A stretch of 64,000 nt of DNA, taken from positions 4,312 through 68,311 of the forward strand of contig JAUYPE010000002.1 of the NCBI GenBank assembly GCA_030697705.1, written 5' to 3'. The stretch's first letter is position 1; each line of letters opens with the position of its first letter. The position numbers were made by a program, and so were the translations under genes. This document shows positions 9,671 through 20,107 of this stretch, piece by piece. This DNA comes from a bacterium. GTDB lineage: Bacteria; Patescibacteriota; Minisyncoccia; Sungbacterales; HO2-52-23. The notes beneath the pieces are model-generated. The model searched no databases, was not told the DNA's origin, and was given only the letters and a program-made list of their open reading frames with translations.

Positions 9671-11323
9671 CTACACTTTCATTTTCAAAAATAAGAAACC
9701 AAGCGCCGCACCCAAAGCGATAACACCCGCCGCGGCAAAGAACATCCAGGGCGGGACAGCATCCTTTATAATTCGTGTGCTTTCGGGCAACGCATCTACG
9801 ATCAGCGATGCGGCGTGCGCGGCAGAATATCCTCCGTTTTCATCATGCAACACGGCAGAGGCGGGAACGGTTGATGCCACACCGCCCGTAGTTATTTTAT
9901 ACCCACCTCCTTCGGACGCATGTCCTTGCGCGGTAATTCTTGGGATTTCTTTGCCCACCGGTAACGCATGTGATTCCGGCAAAGGCACCGGGACGGAAGA
10001 CGATGTCATAGCAACGCGCGATACAGGTGGCAACGCAGAAGTTGCAGACACATGCTCCGCGGGTGGTGTGATGCCACGAATCCCTCCGGAAAATGTTTCC
10101 GCAGGAATTCCGTTGGCATAGCGCAAGACAATCTTCGGGAGGATATCCGAGACAACACCCGCCAAGCGTGTTGTTTCATTCGGCAATGCCGCGGCGGCGT
10201 GCGGAGCGATGCGAGTACCGGACGGCAGAATGAAGCTCATTGCGCCATCTTCCAGCCGCCATCCGCCGACATCAATCGCCACCGCCGAAGGATTTTCAAG
10301 GCGAATAAACCCTCCACTCCCCGGTACAACCTCGACGATACGGAGTTGGTTAGGCGCCACTACCACCGTTGCGTAATCAGATGCGGCATACTCACCCGAA
10401 GCCACATGAAGACCAATGAGATACGTTCCCGGAAATCTAAAAATATGCTCAACCGCCCGCCCCTCCGCGGTCTCACCGTCACCGAAATTCCAGAGAAAAC
10501 GCGCGCTCTCAATCGGCTTGTCGGTAAGACCGATGCCGTAGCCCAGAAATGAAACAATCGATCCGGCAACGGTATTCCGGTCCTGACCCGCATATGATTT
10601 TATCGTCGGTATCGGCGGAACCGCACGAACTTCTTGCCCCGCCGCGCCTGCACTATCTAATGACGCCATGCCGGATGAAGAAGAAGTTGCCGTCACCGAT
10701 GATACCATTAAAGTGCCACCGCTTTTATTGGGCTGTCCGATCGTCGGCCGCCCGATGACTTCCCATGCCCCGCTCCCATCTTCCGTTACGCCGTCTTCTT
10801 TGAGCGCGATGGAATTTCCTTCCGCCATATTTGCACTACCGACAAATGTTCCCCGCGACCACAATCCCGCATCACTCGCCGCGCTCTCCCAGGTCTCTCC
10901 CCCCTTCCCCCACTCCACAAAACTTTTTATCGTTTCTTTGCCCCGCGGCTCGGCAGAAAAGAGTGCCGCCGAACCGGAGGTATTGCCCATATTGGTTTTT
11001 ATCGTGGAAGACGCCACATACAGGTCGCTCTCCGTATCATTTCCCGCCTCCCGCAAATGCACCGTGAGTACGCTATAGGGCTTAAGCACAAAATGAGCCG
11101 GGAAGACAATATAACCGATACCGTCCGGATACAGTTCCCATCCGGAGAGATCGTCCGCTGTGGCACTGCCGTTATAAAGCTCAATCCGCTCGAGACCGGT
11201 GTCGGCCCCGAGCGGATCAAAGAGCACTTCATTGATAACAGTACCGCTCGCACCCACCCATGCGGGAGAGATCAAAAAGAGGAGAAGCGAGAACGACGCA
11301 GTAATGTTGGCGTACGCTCGCAT
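9671..11323 (-). CDS. secreted lamin-tail-domain (LTD) protein with C-terminal TM anchor
   Basis: Signal peptide MRAYANITASFSLLLFLISPAWVGA. LTD motif VINEVLFDPLGADTGLERIELYNGSATADDLSGWEL and a second LTD-like LRIVEVVPGSGGFIRLENPSAVAIDVGGWRLEDG. C-terminal hydrophobic WMFFAAAGVIALGAALGFLFL. Confidence 0.7.
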   Translation of the reverse strand: MRAYANITASFSLLLFLISPAWVGASGTVINEVLFDPLGADTGLERIELYNGSATADDLSGWELYPDGIGYIVFPAHFVLKPYSVLTVHLREAGNDTESDLYVASSTIKTNMGNTSGSAALFSAEPRGKETIKSFVEWGKGGETWESAASDAGLWSRGTFVGSANMAEGNSIALKEDGVTEDGSGAWEVIGRPTIGQPNKSGGTLMVSSVTATSSSSGMASLDSAGAAGQEVRAVPPIPTIKSYAGQDRNTVAGSIVSFLGYGIGLTDKPIESARFLWNFGDGETAEGRAVEHIFRFPGTYLIGLHVASGEYAASDYATVVVAPNQLRIVEVVPGSGGFIRLENPSAVAIDVGGWRLEDGAMSFILPSGTRIAPHAAAALPNETTRLAGVVSDILPKIVLRYANGIPAETFSGGIRGITPPAEHVSATSALPPVSRVAMTSSSVPVPLPESHALPVGKEIPRITAQGHASEGGGYKITTGGVASTVPASAVLHDENGGYSAAHAASLIVDALPESTRIIKDAVPPWMFFAAAGVIALGAALGFLFLKMKV

Positions 11324-11335
11324 AAGCGAAGCTGA

Positions 11336-12187
11336 TTATGGATTAAGCTTTTTTTTAAGCGAGTCTATTTCTGCGGCGACAGCGGCGTTACCCGGCTCAA
11401 GTACTAACACTTTTTGCCACCACAAGATCGCCTCCATGTAATTTTTCACTTCTTCGTAGCGCCGCCCAAGCATCTTTATGACATCAACACTTGTCGGATT
11501 CGCCGTATTGCCTTTGAGTAAGATATCAATCGCATCTTGCACCCTTTTTTCGGCACTGTAAAAATCAGAGAGGGTAATATATGCCGCCGGCTCGTCAGGT
11601 TTATTGGCAATGGCAATCTTGAAATTTTTCTCCGCCTTTGCGGCGTCCTTGAGATAACTCGCGTAGATCTCGCCAAGGTTTGCAAACGAGACGACGTTTT
11701 TCGGACGAATCGCTCCCGCATACTCCCACGCATCGCGTGCGCCTTCATAGTCGCCAATTGATTTTTTCAACAGTCCCAGTTCAATCCAAATATTAAAAAG
11801 ATTCGGATCGCTTTTAACCGCCGCCCCGTCATTTCGGATGGTTCCGTACAGCTTCTGCCGCTGATCCTCGCTGTATCCCGCAACTTCTATCGCAACCGGG
11901 CGCACTTCGTCCGCAGGACGACCGCGATAAGGAACGGAGACAGGAGGCGGAGCGGGATTGTCTTCTTGTACCTGCACCGTGGGCGAGGCAGAAATGGAGG
12001 GTGGTGCCGGGGCGTTTGAGTTATTTTTCTCTCCACTCGCACTTCCAAATACGGATGATCCGGGCTCCTCTGCCGACATGTCGGGCGCAGGAATCTGACG
12101 GCGCAGAACAAAAAGACCCGCACTCGCAACAAGAACGATACCGAGTGCGATCACCACTATTTTCCTTTGCGATAATAAAAATGCCAT
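11336..12187 (-). CDS. TPR-repeat protein with N-terminal TM helix
   Basis: N-terminal TM (IVVIALGIVLVASAGLFVL), Pro-rich linker, C-terminal TPR-like repeats (WEYAGAIRPKN..., YITLSDFYSAEKRVQDAIDIL..., WQKVLVLEPGNAAV). Confidence 0.55.
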   Translation of the reverse strand: MAFLLSQRKIVVIALGIVLVASAGLFVLRRQIPAPDMSAEEPGSSVFGSASGEKNNSNAPAPPSISASPTVQVQEDNPAPPPVSVPYRGRPADEVRPVAIEVAGYSEDQRQKLYGTIRNDGAAVKSDPNLFNIWIELGLLKKSIGDYEGARDAWEYAGAIRPKNVVSFANLGEIYASYLKDAAKAEKNFKIAIANKPDEPAAYITLSDFYSAEKRVQDAIDILLKGNTANPTSVDVIKMLGRRYEEVKNYMEAILWWQKVLVLEPGNAAVAAEIDSLKKKLNP

Positions 12188-12213
12188 AGCAGAACCATCC
12201 TAAATCAGCTCCC

Positions 12214-13233
12214 CTACCGTGTCAATGCGAAACGAAACCCCCCAACCGGGGCTGTTGCGCTCGTCACATACGATTGATAGAGCTCAACTATTAACGAGCC
12301 ATTGACTACATAATCAAGCGATTCAATCCAGAGACCGAAGCTTTGATTCGTTGCACTTGCCAATGTTATAGGAAATGACAACTTGACCTGACGGCGAAAT
12401 GACCCCCCCACCGGCGGCGGGTCGTTGTTAATGACAAAATTAGTTTTACTGATGAGCGTATCACTCGTGGATGTCCCATTGCGTACGATAAACTCAACTG
12501 TTTTATTCCGGTTAAGCGTTGAATTCATCCCGTCATGAATATCAAGCTCTAATTGTACAAACGCGACCGGATTCGCAGTAGTATTCGCAATAGCGATATC
12601 TCCAATTTTGAGGGGCGTTATCATCGTATTCGGAAACAACTGCTCAAATGAGCCGCTGATGCGAACTTCGGAAACCAGAATGGGAGCGGGAGACGCGAGC
12701 GGTGTTGAAGACGCGACGGGAATCGGTGACACCACGTGAGTGGTTGTCGCCTGAACGGGGGGCGTTTGTTGCTCCGCCGCCAGTTGCGCGCGCAACACAA
12801 CGAGACGTGCCTGCAATACCAGGATTTGCGACAAAAGATCATTTTGAAGCATGGTTGCGGTATCGTCCCCTCCTTGAACTACTTTATCCTGAAGCAAAAC
12901 ATTTATCCGCGCCCGTGTCAACGGACCAAAAAAACCACTCGCCGGCATGATCCCCTCTCGCTTCTGCAGTAATACGACGGCCCCGCGCGTCGCAACACCG
13001 TAATAACCTGTGATTTTCCCGCCCAAGTAGATTTGAGGATCCTGCGCCAGCCACTCCTGTAACTGGCGGACATCATCCCCTTGTGCACCCAATGACAAAT
13101 TGCGGTCAAATACCGCTCCCGCCGCAAGGGGAACGAAGAGCGCCAGCATCACGAGACAACAAAAGAAATAGTGCTTTCTAAACATGCTCCAATAATACCG
13201 CAACACGGAGACAATCGCAAGAAAGAAAGCCAA
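12214..13233 (-). CDS. membrane-anchored peptidoglycan-binding (PG_binding_1) domain protein
   Basis: N-terminal TM, then LSLGAQGDDVRQLQEWLAQDP...GYYGVATRGAVVLLQ (PG_binding_1 pattern), coiled-coil, beta-rich C-terminus. Confidence 0.6.
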   Translation of the reverse strand: MAFFLAIVSVLRYYWSMFRKHYFFCCLVMLALFVPLAAGAVFDRNLSLGAQGDDVRQLQEWLAQDPQIYLGGKITGYYGVATRGAVVLLQKREGIMPASGFFGPLTRARINVLLQDKVVQGGDDTATMLQNDLLSQILVLQARLVVLRAQLAAEQQTPPVQATTTHVVSPIPVASSTPLASPAPILVSEVRISGSFEQLFPNTMITPLKIGDIAIANTTANPVAFVQLELDIHDGMNSTLNRNKTVEFIVRNGTSTSDTLISKTNFVINNDPPPVGGSFRRQVKLSFPITLASATNQSFGLWIESLDYVVNGSLIVELYQSYVTSATAPVGGFRFALTR

Positions 13234-13405
13234 AGACCGAGAGAATACATGAACACCTGAATTCTTATTGCATCATCCGGAGTCCCCGCCCGCCGGCGGG
13301 CGTGGCGCCCGGGACGGACGAATAACCCTATAAACAACCACCTCCCGTCGCACAAGGCACGGGAGGTGGTGAGAATTCCTATTACACAACCATTACAGAA
13401 TCCAT

Positions 13406-14575
13406 TTACGGAGTCACTCCGGATGATCCGCTTGAAACCTCAAGGAGTTTTGCGCGGGTTTTCGGCCCCACATATCCATAGGCAAACTCGCCTTCTTGGG
13501 CGATACCATACCGCTCCTGAAATCGCCCGACTGCTTTACGAGTCAGTGGTCCGAAGTAACCGCTTATAATGCCTTCTGGGTAAAGAGTTGAATCAGAGGC
13601 GAGATATTTTTGAAGAGCGCGAACATCATCACCCTGAAAACCATCGTCTATATCCCGTCCGAGAGCGAGCGGGGCGGCCACTTCTGCAGAAACGGGTGGG
13701 TTCGCGACAGGAACGACCGACTGATCCGGAGTAGCGACATCTTCGGATCCGGAAAGTTCAGCAAGTTTCATCCGCGTCTGCGGACCAACTCTCCCTACCG
13801 GCGGCAAGCCGTACTTCGCCTGAAATCGACGCACCGCCGCGCGGGTCAGAGCACCGTAGTAACCAGTAACCCTTCCTTCGGGATACATTATAGGATCTTT
13901 TGCGAGCCACTCCTGCAACTGCCGGACATCATCTCCTTCAGCGCCCAACGAGAGATCACGGGTCAGCACCAGTGTCGACCCTAAGGAACTTTCCCGTGAA
14001 GTACCATCAGGAGAAGACAAGACCGTCGGTAGAACAGGTGGGACGGCAAGAGGAGCTTGAGCGACCACACTCACAGACGAGGTTGCGGTGGATGAGGTGG
14101 CAGTGCTCACAGCAACTGGCGAGGATGTTACCGATCCACCGCCCCCGCCACCCCCTCCTCCACCACCGCCACTACTGCTAACACCCGAACCACTGTCTCC
14201 CCCGCCACTGGTAGTGCAGGTACCCGAAGGCGTTACCGTAACGGTCTCCGTTGCCGAACCCGAAGGCACAGAGAGGAACACGCGCGATTCACTTGCTTTG
14301 CACTCTGTTGCAACACTCTTTGAGTTTGTCAATGTTTTCTTACCGGCAGACGACAACTCCACGCTACTGCCCGCTGACAAAACGAAAGTAAAAGTGCCGT
14401 TATTAATGTCAACCGAATCAAAAGTACCCGACACAATTGTGTACTCCGATCCGTCCGATGGCAGAACGAGCGTCGGACCACCCACCGCCGTCACGGCGGC
14501 GGCAAGCACCCCGAGCGGCAGAATCACGACGACACTGCATAAAACAGAAATGATTCGTTTCATTGTGATGCGCAC
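13406..14575 (-). CDS. secreted protein with poly-Gly/Ser linker and two PG_binding_1 domains
   Basis: Signal peptide; G13 run; LSLGAEGDDVRQLQEWLAKDP...GYYGALTRAAVRRFQ and GFQGDDVRALQKYLASD...GYFGPLTRKAVGRFQ. Paralogous to the domain in 12214-13233. Confidence 0.6.
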   Translation of the reverse strand: MRITMKRIISVLCSVVVILPLGVLAAAVTAVGGPTLVLPSDGSEYTIVSGTFDSVDINNGTFTFVLSAGSSVELSSAGKKTLTNSKSVATECKASESRVFLSVPSGSATETVTVTPSGTCTTSGGGDSGSGVSSSGGGGGGGGGGGGSVTSSPVAVSTATSSTATSSVSVVAQAPLAVPPVLPTVLSSPDGTSRESSLGSTLVLTRDLSLGAEGDDVRQLQEWLAKDPIMYPEGRVTGYYGALTRAAVRRFQAKYGLPPVGRVGPQTRMKLAELSGSEDVATPDQSVVPVANPPVSAEVAAPLALGRDIDDGFQGDDVRALQKYLASDSTLYPEGIISGYFGPLTRKAVGRFQERYGIAQEGEFAYGYVGPKTRAKLLEVSSGSSGVTP

Positions 14576-14627
14576 ATTAGATGAATCCTGTTACTGCGGG
14601 TTTACGAACCGCAACAACGGGACAAGA

Positions 14628-15344
14628 TTAGCGACACGAACCTTCCTCAATCCGCAAGCTTGAACTTGCAGCTTGCACCAGAGTGCCGCCAGTAACGATG
14701 TACACCCGATACATCACTCCGTCAGAAGCCCCGCGCATGTTGATACAGCCGCCTTTGCCACGCGGAGATGTCACTATCGGTGAACTTGAAGCATCAATCG
14801 TGAGCGTCGTGGTGGCTGAACTGTTGTTACCAATGATTACCGTGCCATCACCTCCAACGGCGAAAGCTGCTCCTGGAGTACCCGTACCAATGCCTACTCT
14901 ATATGTTGCGGCATCAAGACCGAAGAACGCATGAGGCGCAGAAGAGGTCGCCAGCTGAAACGCATTATTAGTCGTACCGATCGTAGAAGTTCCCGCATTC
15001 CAGGTGATTGCATCGGTTACCGCATCCCCTAGCGTAATGGCACCATTTAATACCGTAGCGCCTGTTACCGTAGCCGCAGTGAGCGTGCCGTTTACGGTAA
15101 TCGTGTCTGCCGCCGCATCCCCAAGAGTAACACCACCATTTAATGTTGTGGCGCCTGTCGTCGTTAAGGTACCCGTTACCGAAACATCACCTCCAATACT
15201 CGTCGCATACACTGAAGCGCCTAGACCCACAAAAACTCCCAATGCGAGAGCAAGCACGAACACGAACTTTTGGTAAACAGATCTCTCTAAATGGATACGA
15301 AACATAGGAAATAAAAAGATTAACTTGAAACTGAAGAAAAGCAA
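14628..15344 (-). CDS. secreted repeat protein (Gly/Thr-rich beta-helix-like repeats)
   Basis: Signal-like N-terminus; repeated V(T/N)G(T/A)LT..TGATxLNGxxTLGDA units; start could be the internal Met at 15305. Confidence 0.4.
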   Translation of the reverse strand: MLFFSFKLIFLFPMFRIHLERSVYQKFVFVLALALGVFVGLGASVYATSIGGDVSVTGTLTTTGATTLNGGVTLGDAAADTITVNGTLTAATVTGATVLNGAITLGDAVTDAITWNAGTSTIGTTNNAFQLATSSAPHAFFGLDAATYRVGIGTGTPGAAFAVGGDGTVIIGNNSSATTTLTIDASSSPIVTSPRGKGGCINMRGASDGVMYRVYIVTGGTLVQAASSSLRIEEGSCR

Positions 15345-15540
15345 CTGCCTTTTCTACGGTCTCATCTATGATTAAGAAAAAGAGGTAACGCGCAGGAACC
15401 AAACGGCTTCGACCAGCCCTGCGAACGGGACACCTCTTCATAAAAACAACTTATGTTCTCATAATACATCTTTTGTACAATTACTGCATATTCTCCACCT
15501 GTGGATAACTTTAGGACTTATGCGTTTGCCCCCCAACCCC

Positions 15541-15630
15541 GTCATTCCGATCCGCCCTAGGCGGAGAGGAATCCCGCTAACATTCAGAATGCTGAAATCG
15601 TACGGGATTCCTCACTCTGTTCGGAATGAC
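15541..15630. repeat. MITE-like palindromic repeat, copy A (TIR gtcattccga...tcggaatgac)
   Basis: Perfect 10-bp terminal inverted repeats. Internal motif ctgaaatcgtacgggattcc shared with copies at 21928, 26232 and 45824. Lies just downstream of the 1206-aa surface protein gene. Confidence 0.7.
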
Positions 15631-15730
15631 GACCGAATAAAACACACTGGTATGATTCACATAAAACAAAAAGCCCTCGCCCGAAGACGGAGGACTTTTT
15701 GCTAGCCACAAGGAAGCTATGAGTATCGCG

Positions 15731-18700
15731 TTACTTGGAGATCGTCTGGGGAGACATCTCTGTTGCTGGCAATCCGGGCAAGAGGTAGCCGTTCAACCAG
15801 TCATTCGTGGTAGTTGCCGATGTCGTTGTAGAGTTCGGCGACCATACGAAGTTACTGCTTGATGCCGTGCTACTCCCTACCGCGAGCGTATCTTGCGAAA
15901 TACCACCCATGTTACCGCTACCCTCGCTCGTTCCCGTACCACCCAACATTGTAGAGAGTGTTGGGAAGAAGACACTGTCACCCACAAGAGCCACCGTGAT
16001 GGAGTCCCCTGTTGTGGTACGCGCAACAGTACCAACCAACTTGAAGTAGCGCGTCGTCCCGGCAGGAACATTGATCGCCTCTGAATTCGGTGCGGACGCA
16101 CTATTCGTCACCGGATCAAAGAAGACCGATATATTCGTGGTGGATGCGGCAACATTCGTATTGGCAGTACATGCCTGGGCGGTAGCAGTCTGGAGCGACC
16201 AAGAACCGACACAGTTAACGGCGTTCGCGTTGATCGGATTAGCAGCATACGCCGCCGTGGAGAACGCTGAATCGGTGTACGCGAAAACTTTAAAGGCCGA
16301 TGTTGTTGCAATTGATGTGGAGGAGATGCGGAAGGTAAACTTGTACAGTCCGATATCTCCATCCGTCGGCGCCGTCACGCTGAAGCGATACAGATCCATG
16401 GCCGTGTTGGAGAGCGTGTTTGTCGGCAAGGCCAATGAAGCAAGTGTCGGATGTGCCTTTACCAGACGGATACCCTTCGCCGCCGTATGGGATCCGAGAG
16501 CCGTGTCAATCGTCGTACCGGACGACTGACCGATACCTTTGGCAAGCCCCCTTCCGTCATAGTCAAGAACGATCAGATGACCGGAGTCAGCACCGTTTGT
16601 CGCCGCCTTACCCAAAGGTCCGCTTGTTCCCGCCGCAATAAGATCAACTTTAACGGTCAAGAGCTTATCAGCATCCTTTGGAACAATGAAGTCACTCGTC
16701 AGCGTTGAGGTTGCCTGGAAAATGCCGTTCTGGAAGGTCGCATTACCAACCTTCGTTGCGCCATCCCACAACGATACATTATTCACATCGGTCGTGGAAG
16801 CCGTAGCGGTAGCCATTACCAAGGTGAATTTCGTGAGCTTAATCGCCTCATTATCAGCGTGCAATTTGAACACGGTGGCAAGAACATCCGTCTTACCCGC
16901 CGTTCCAAAGCGCTCTGAAGGAGATGAAGCATCCAAAGTAACCGTCAGTACTCCGCCCGTCTTTATCGTCATCGTCTGACCAGCACTCGTTGTGACCGTC
17001 TCCGTTACCGTCACTCCCGTATCTTTCCCCACAACCGTCGTATCGTTGTTTGTTGAGGTAAGACCGATAGAGAATGTTCCGTTTGACTGGGCACCCGAAG
17101 TAATATTGCACTTCACATCAACCGTCTTGCTCGTTCCTTTCGGAACAATCAGCTGATTGTCAAGTGTGAAGGTCGCCGCCGCTTCGGAAGTAGACGAATC
17201 CGGGTTAATAACATTGGAACCCGTGTTCAATGCTAGTGTGCCGTCAAACATCTGACAATTGTTGAGCTGGTTTGCATTCGCGCTTGCACCCGGAGTAATA
17301 CCAACCTTCTGGGCGGTTACGCGAACATCCTCTCCCGCATTAGACGCATCGTAGATGAGTCGGGCGAAGAGAAAGCCATTGATACCGCGAACTACGGACT
17401 GCGCCGAGGGCGTTCCCGAGACGGAAACCGAAAGCTTTGCCGTCTTAACCGTCTGAATGTTTGCAGAAACCGCAACAGACGGGGTCGGGGTAACCGTCAA
17501 ACCAGTCGTTTGACCGCGCGCCGTTATGTTTGACGCCGTCGTACTCGCCTGCAAGGTATCCTCGGCCTCAAAGTCAGTCGTCAGCTTACCTTTAATGGTA
17601 AAGACATGGTAACCAACAGGCACTGTCCATGTATCAGTGAAGGTGACCGTCTCATCCGAACCGACATCTTTCGGTCCGGCGACGATCACGCCGTTCTCAT
17701 TGAAGATTGCCACATTGTCAATCTGCGTTCCATCCTCGGCACTGTCGGTCAGTGAGAAGACGAGGGGGAAGGAGGTAATCTGAATCTCCTCGCCTTTTGC
17801 CTCAAAGCCGAAAGAACCAAGAGAGGTGTTGGATACGCTGACCGCAACATTCCCTGCGGGAATAGCATTGTTTTTCTCTACGCGAAGCGTACCTTTTGAG
17901 ATCGTGTGATCATACGCGTCGTAGTAGGGCTCCGCGCTGGAGAATGCTCCCGTGTCATCGGTCGGATCGCTTGTTCCGTTCGCGGGAATAATGACATAGC
18001 CAAATGTCTTACCGCGCGCTACGACATCCGTTCGGCGCTGGACATCAAAGTCAACCGTGCGAGCGGACCCGGAAATAATATCCGTCTTAATTGCAAGATC
18101 CATCGTGTCTCCCTTGGCAAACTCAATGCTTGGGGAGAATTTCGCGACATAGAACTTACCATCAGATGAAACAGCCGTCGGGTAATCAACTCCTTTCACA
18201 TTCACCACTACATTGCCGAGGTCGCCCGAAGCAGCAGACCCTGACTGATACCATCGTATCTGCTCCAAGAGCAACGGCTCCGCCGAACCAACCGTCCAGC
18301 GAGCACCCGATGCTACGAAGGCCTTTGTGCCAACCTCAAGAGCGGATCGTGCTGCTCCCGGATCCAACGCACCGCGCTGGGGTGAGGCAAGCGTACCGAT
18401 CGTCAGCGTTTCGTTAATAGTGAAACCATTGCCGACGATGGGAAGCGGTCCGCTTACCACAGCCGTACCAGCATCAATTGCCGTTACCGCAAAACTTACT
18501 ACTTGACCGCCGTTTGAACCGGCCGCAGGACGATTGAAGGCAATCGTCATCGTCTGTGTCGTTCCTTTTGCAATCGTGAACGACTGGCTCAATTTTGCTT
18601 CATGGTTCGCGTTAAGCGTCTTGGAAAGCCCAATCTGGCTTCCCGTTGAATCCAAGAGGACAACGCCATCAACGGAGCTGTCGTCCGCTAATCCCTGCCG

Positions 18701-19351
18701 TTGTACCGTGATGCTCTGCACGACGACATCACCGTCATTGGAAGCGGTCAGAGTAATGTTCGTCGCCGGAATGCGCGAGGCATTAAACGGAGCCAAAGCC
18801 GAAGCTGGCTGGGCTGGCGAGGTTACCGTCAAGCCCGTTCCTGTTCCTACCGCCGTCGTTGTAGTTGTAGGAGGAGGAGTAGGAGTTGTCGTGGTTGTCG
18901 TAGTCGTGGTTGTGGTCGTACTTGTCGTCGTTGACATTGACGCAAATTTCGCTCGAGATATTGGACCGAAATATCCCGCCGTCGGCGAGACGCCGTTTGC
19001 CGCCTGCCATGCCGACACCGCCGTCCTTGTTATCGGACCGAAGTACCCCGTCGCTCCACCTGAATAGGTGAAGAGACCCGCTGCTATCAGCGTCTCCTGA
19101 AGACAGGTGACATCTGCACCGCGCGAACCAATCGTCAGATCACGCGTAAAGGTACAGTTGCTTGCAGATGTGCTACTGGAACCGGATTTGAGCGCGGCAA
19201 GCTGTTTTGTAAGTTCAGCCACCTGCGCTGTTAACTGATCAATAAGATCCTGCGTCGTAACTTGTGCTACCGCCACAAACGGAACGAACGCGGCCGCACC
19301 CGAAAGTGCCAGCGCGGTCGCCACCGCCGCGACTCTGAATTTGATACTCAT
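15731..19351 (-). CDS. large secreted surface protein (1206 aa) with PG_binding_1 domain and poly-Thr linker
   Basis: Signal peptide, coiled-coil (LIDQLTAQVAELTKQLAALK), PG_binding_1-like CTFTRDLTIGSRGADVTCLQETL...GYFGPITRTAVSAWQ, T-run TTTSTTTTTTTTTTTTPTPPPTTTTT, then ~1000 aa beta-rich repeat region. Confidence 0.65.
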   Translation of the reverse strand: MSIKFRVAAVATALALSGAAAFVPFVAVAQVTTQDLIDQLTAQVAELTKQLAALKSGSSSTSASNCTFTRDLTIGSRGADVTCLQETLIAAGLFTYSGGATGYFGPITRTAVSAWQAANGVSPTAGYFGPISRAKFASMSTTTSTTTTTTTTTTTTPTPPPTTTTTAVGTGTGLTVTSPAQPASALAPFNASRIPATNITLTASNDGDVVVQSITVQRQGLADDSSVDGVVLLDSTGSQIGLSKTLNANHEAKLSQSFTIAKGTTQTMTIAFNRPAAGSNGGQVVSFAVTAIDAGTAVVSGPLPIVGNGFTINETLTIGTLASPQRGALDPGAARSALEVGTKAFVASGARWTVGSAEPLLLEQIRWYQSGSAASGDLGNVVVNVKGVDYPTAVSSDGKFYVAKFSPSIEFAKGDTMDLAIKTDIISGSARTVDFDVQRRTDVVARGKTFGYVIIPANGTSDPTDDTGAFSSAEPYYDAYDHTISKGTLRVEKNNAIPAGNVAVSVSNTSLGSFGFEAKGEEIQITSFPLVFSLTDSAEDGTQIDNVAIFNENGVIVAGPKDVGSDETVTFTDTWTVPVGYHVFTIKGKLTTDFEAEDTLQASTTASNITARGQTTGLTVTPTPSVAVSANIQTVKTAKLSVSVSGTPSAQSVVRGINGFLFARLIYDASNAGEDVRVTAQKVGITPGASANANQLNNCQMFDGTLALNTGSNVINPDSSTSEAAATFTLDNQLIVPKGTSKTVDVKCNITSGAQSNGTFSIGLTSTNNDTTVVGKDTGVTVTETVTTSAGQTMTIKTGGVLTVTLDASSPSERFGTAGKTDVLATVFKLHADNEAIKLTKFTLVMATATASTTDVNNVSLWDGATKVGNATFQNGIFQATSTLTSDFIVPKDADKLLTVKVDLIAAGTSGPLGKAATNGADSGHLIVLDYDGRGLAKGIGQSSGTTIDTALGSHTAAKGIRLVKAHPTLASLALPTNTLSNTAMDLYRFSVTAPTDGDIGLYKFTFRISSTSIATTSAFKVFAYTDSAFSTAAYAANPINANAVNCVGSWSLQTATAQACTANTNVAASTTNISVFFDPVTNSASAPNSEAINVPAGTTRYFKLVGTVARTTTGDSITVALVGDSVFFPTLSTMLGGTGTSEGSGNMGGISQDTLAVGSSTASSSNFVWSPNSTTTSATTTNDWLNGYLLPGLPATEMSPQTISK

Positions 19352-20107
19352 AATGTATGCGTTAACTTTTCTTCATACGATACCCGTGCGCTTTCAGATG
19401 AGGTAAGCCCCTCTGCAACCACCGCAGGCACCGCATGTCGGAAACCTCTTTTCATCTTCCGCAGTTGCAGATGATGAAAGAGCTTTCCTTGCCATGGGAA
19501 CGCTCGTTTTTTATCTGTCGACGTCTAAATGGCTAATAATGGGTTCAGATAAGAAAACGGGCGTTAACTAACTTCAATGTTTAATGACCTAACCGAAGCA
19601 ATGGAGCCATGTCGTTTCTTCTCGCCTCCATCACTTACCATTCGCATGAGCGAATATGAGGTGAAGTGGCAAGGAATCGACCCGACCTAAACTCCAGATA
19701 AATATCTTGGTAATTTGATAAGGGAATGATTGCGCACCCCCTGTTCTTAAATTTTCAAAGTACGGTCATGCGGCGACACCAGCGAACAATACTCTCTCCT
19801 TTCCCCTATTGCAAATCGGATGTGAACGAAGACGGGAAAACAAACTCCTCGCTCGCATCAGATTTTCAACCTTTTAACGAGAGAAACCAACCAAAAAGGC
19901 GTTTTTTCGGCGGCACATAAAGCACTAAAACAAACCACATTACTTGCAAGTATAACTCATCATCCTGTTACCACAAGGAGAGTTTTCCACAAGGGATTTC
20001 AAGGTCATCCACAAGACACACGGTACTCTGGGTAAGTATAGACCGATATGCGCAACTCATCAAACGGACACCATGTGGAAAACTTTTTCACGCCTCCTCC
20101 GGACATA

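Noticed and set aside
14120-14200. C/G-rich homopolymeric tract
   Set aside because: Encodes the poly-Gly linker of 13406-14575; not a regulatory G-quadruplex candidate of independent interest.
18840-18960. Low-complexity nucleotide repeat (gtcgt/ggagga runs)
   Set aside because: It encodes the poly-Thr linker of the 1206-aa surface protein on the opposite strand; not an independent repeat element or CRISPR-like array.
19500-19700. Possible structured ncRNA (RNase P / SRP / tmRNA) in the long leader
   Set aside because: I could not find the conserved boxes of these RNAs (for example the GGAAAGUCCGG P4 region or a tmRNA tag-peptide ORF). Left as an unexplained leader.
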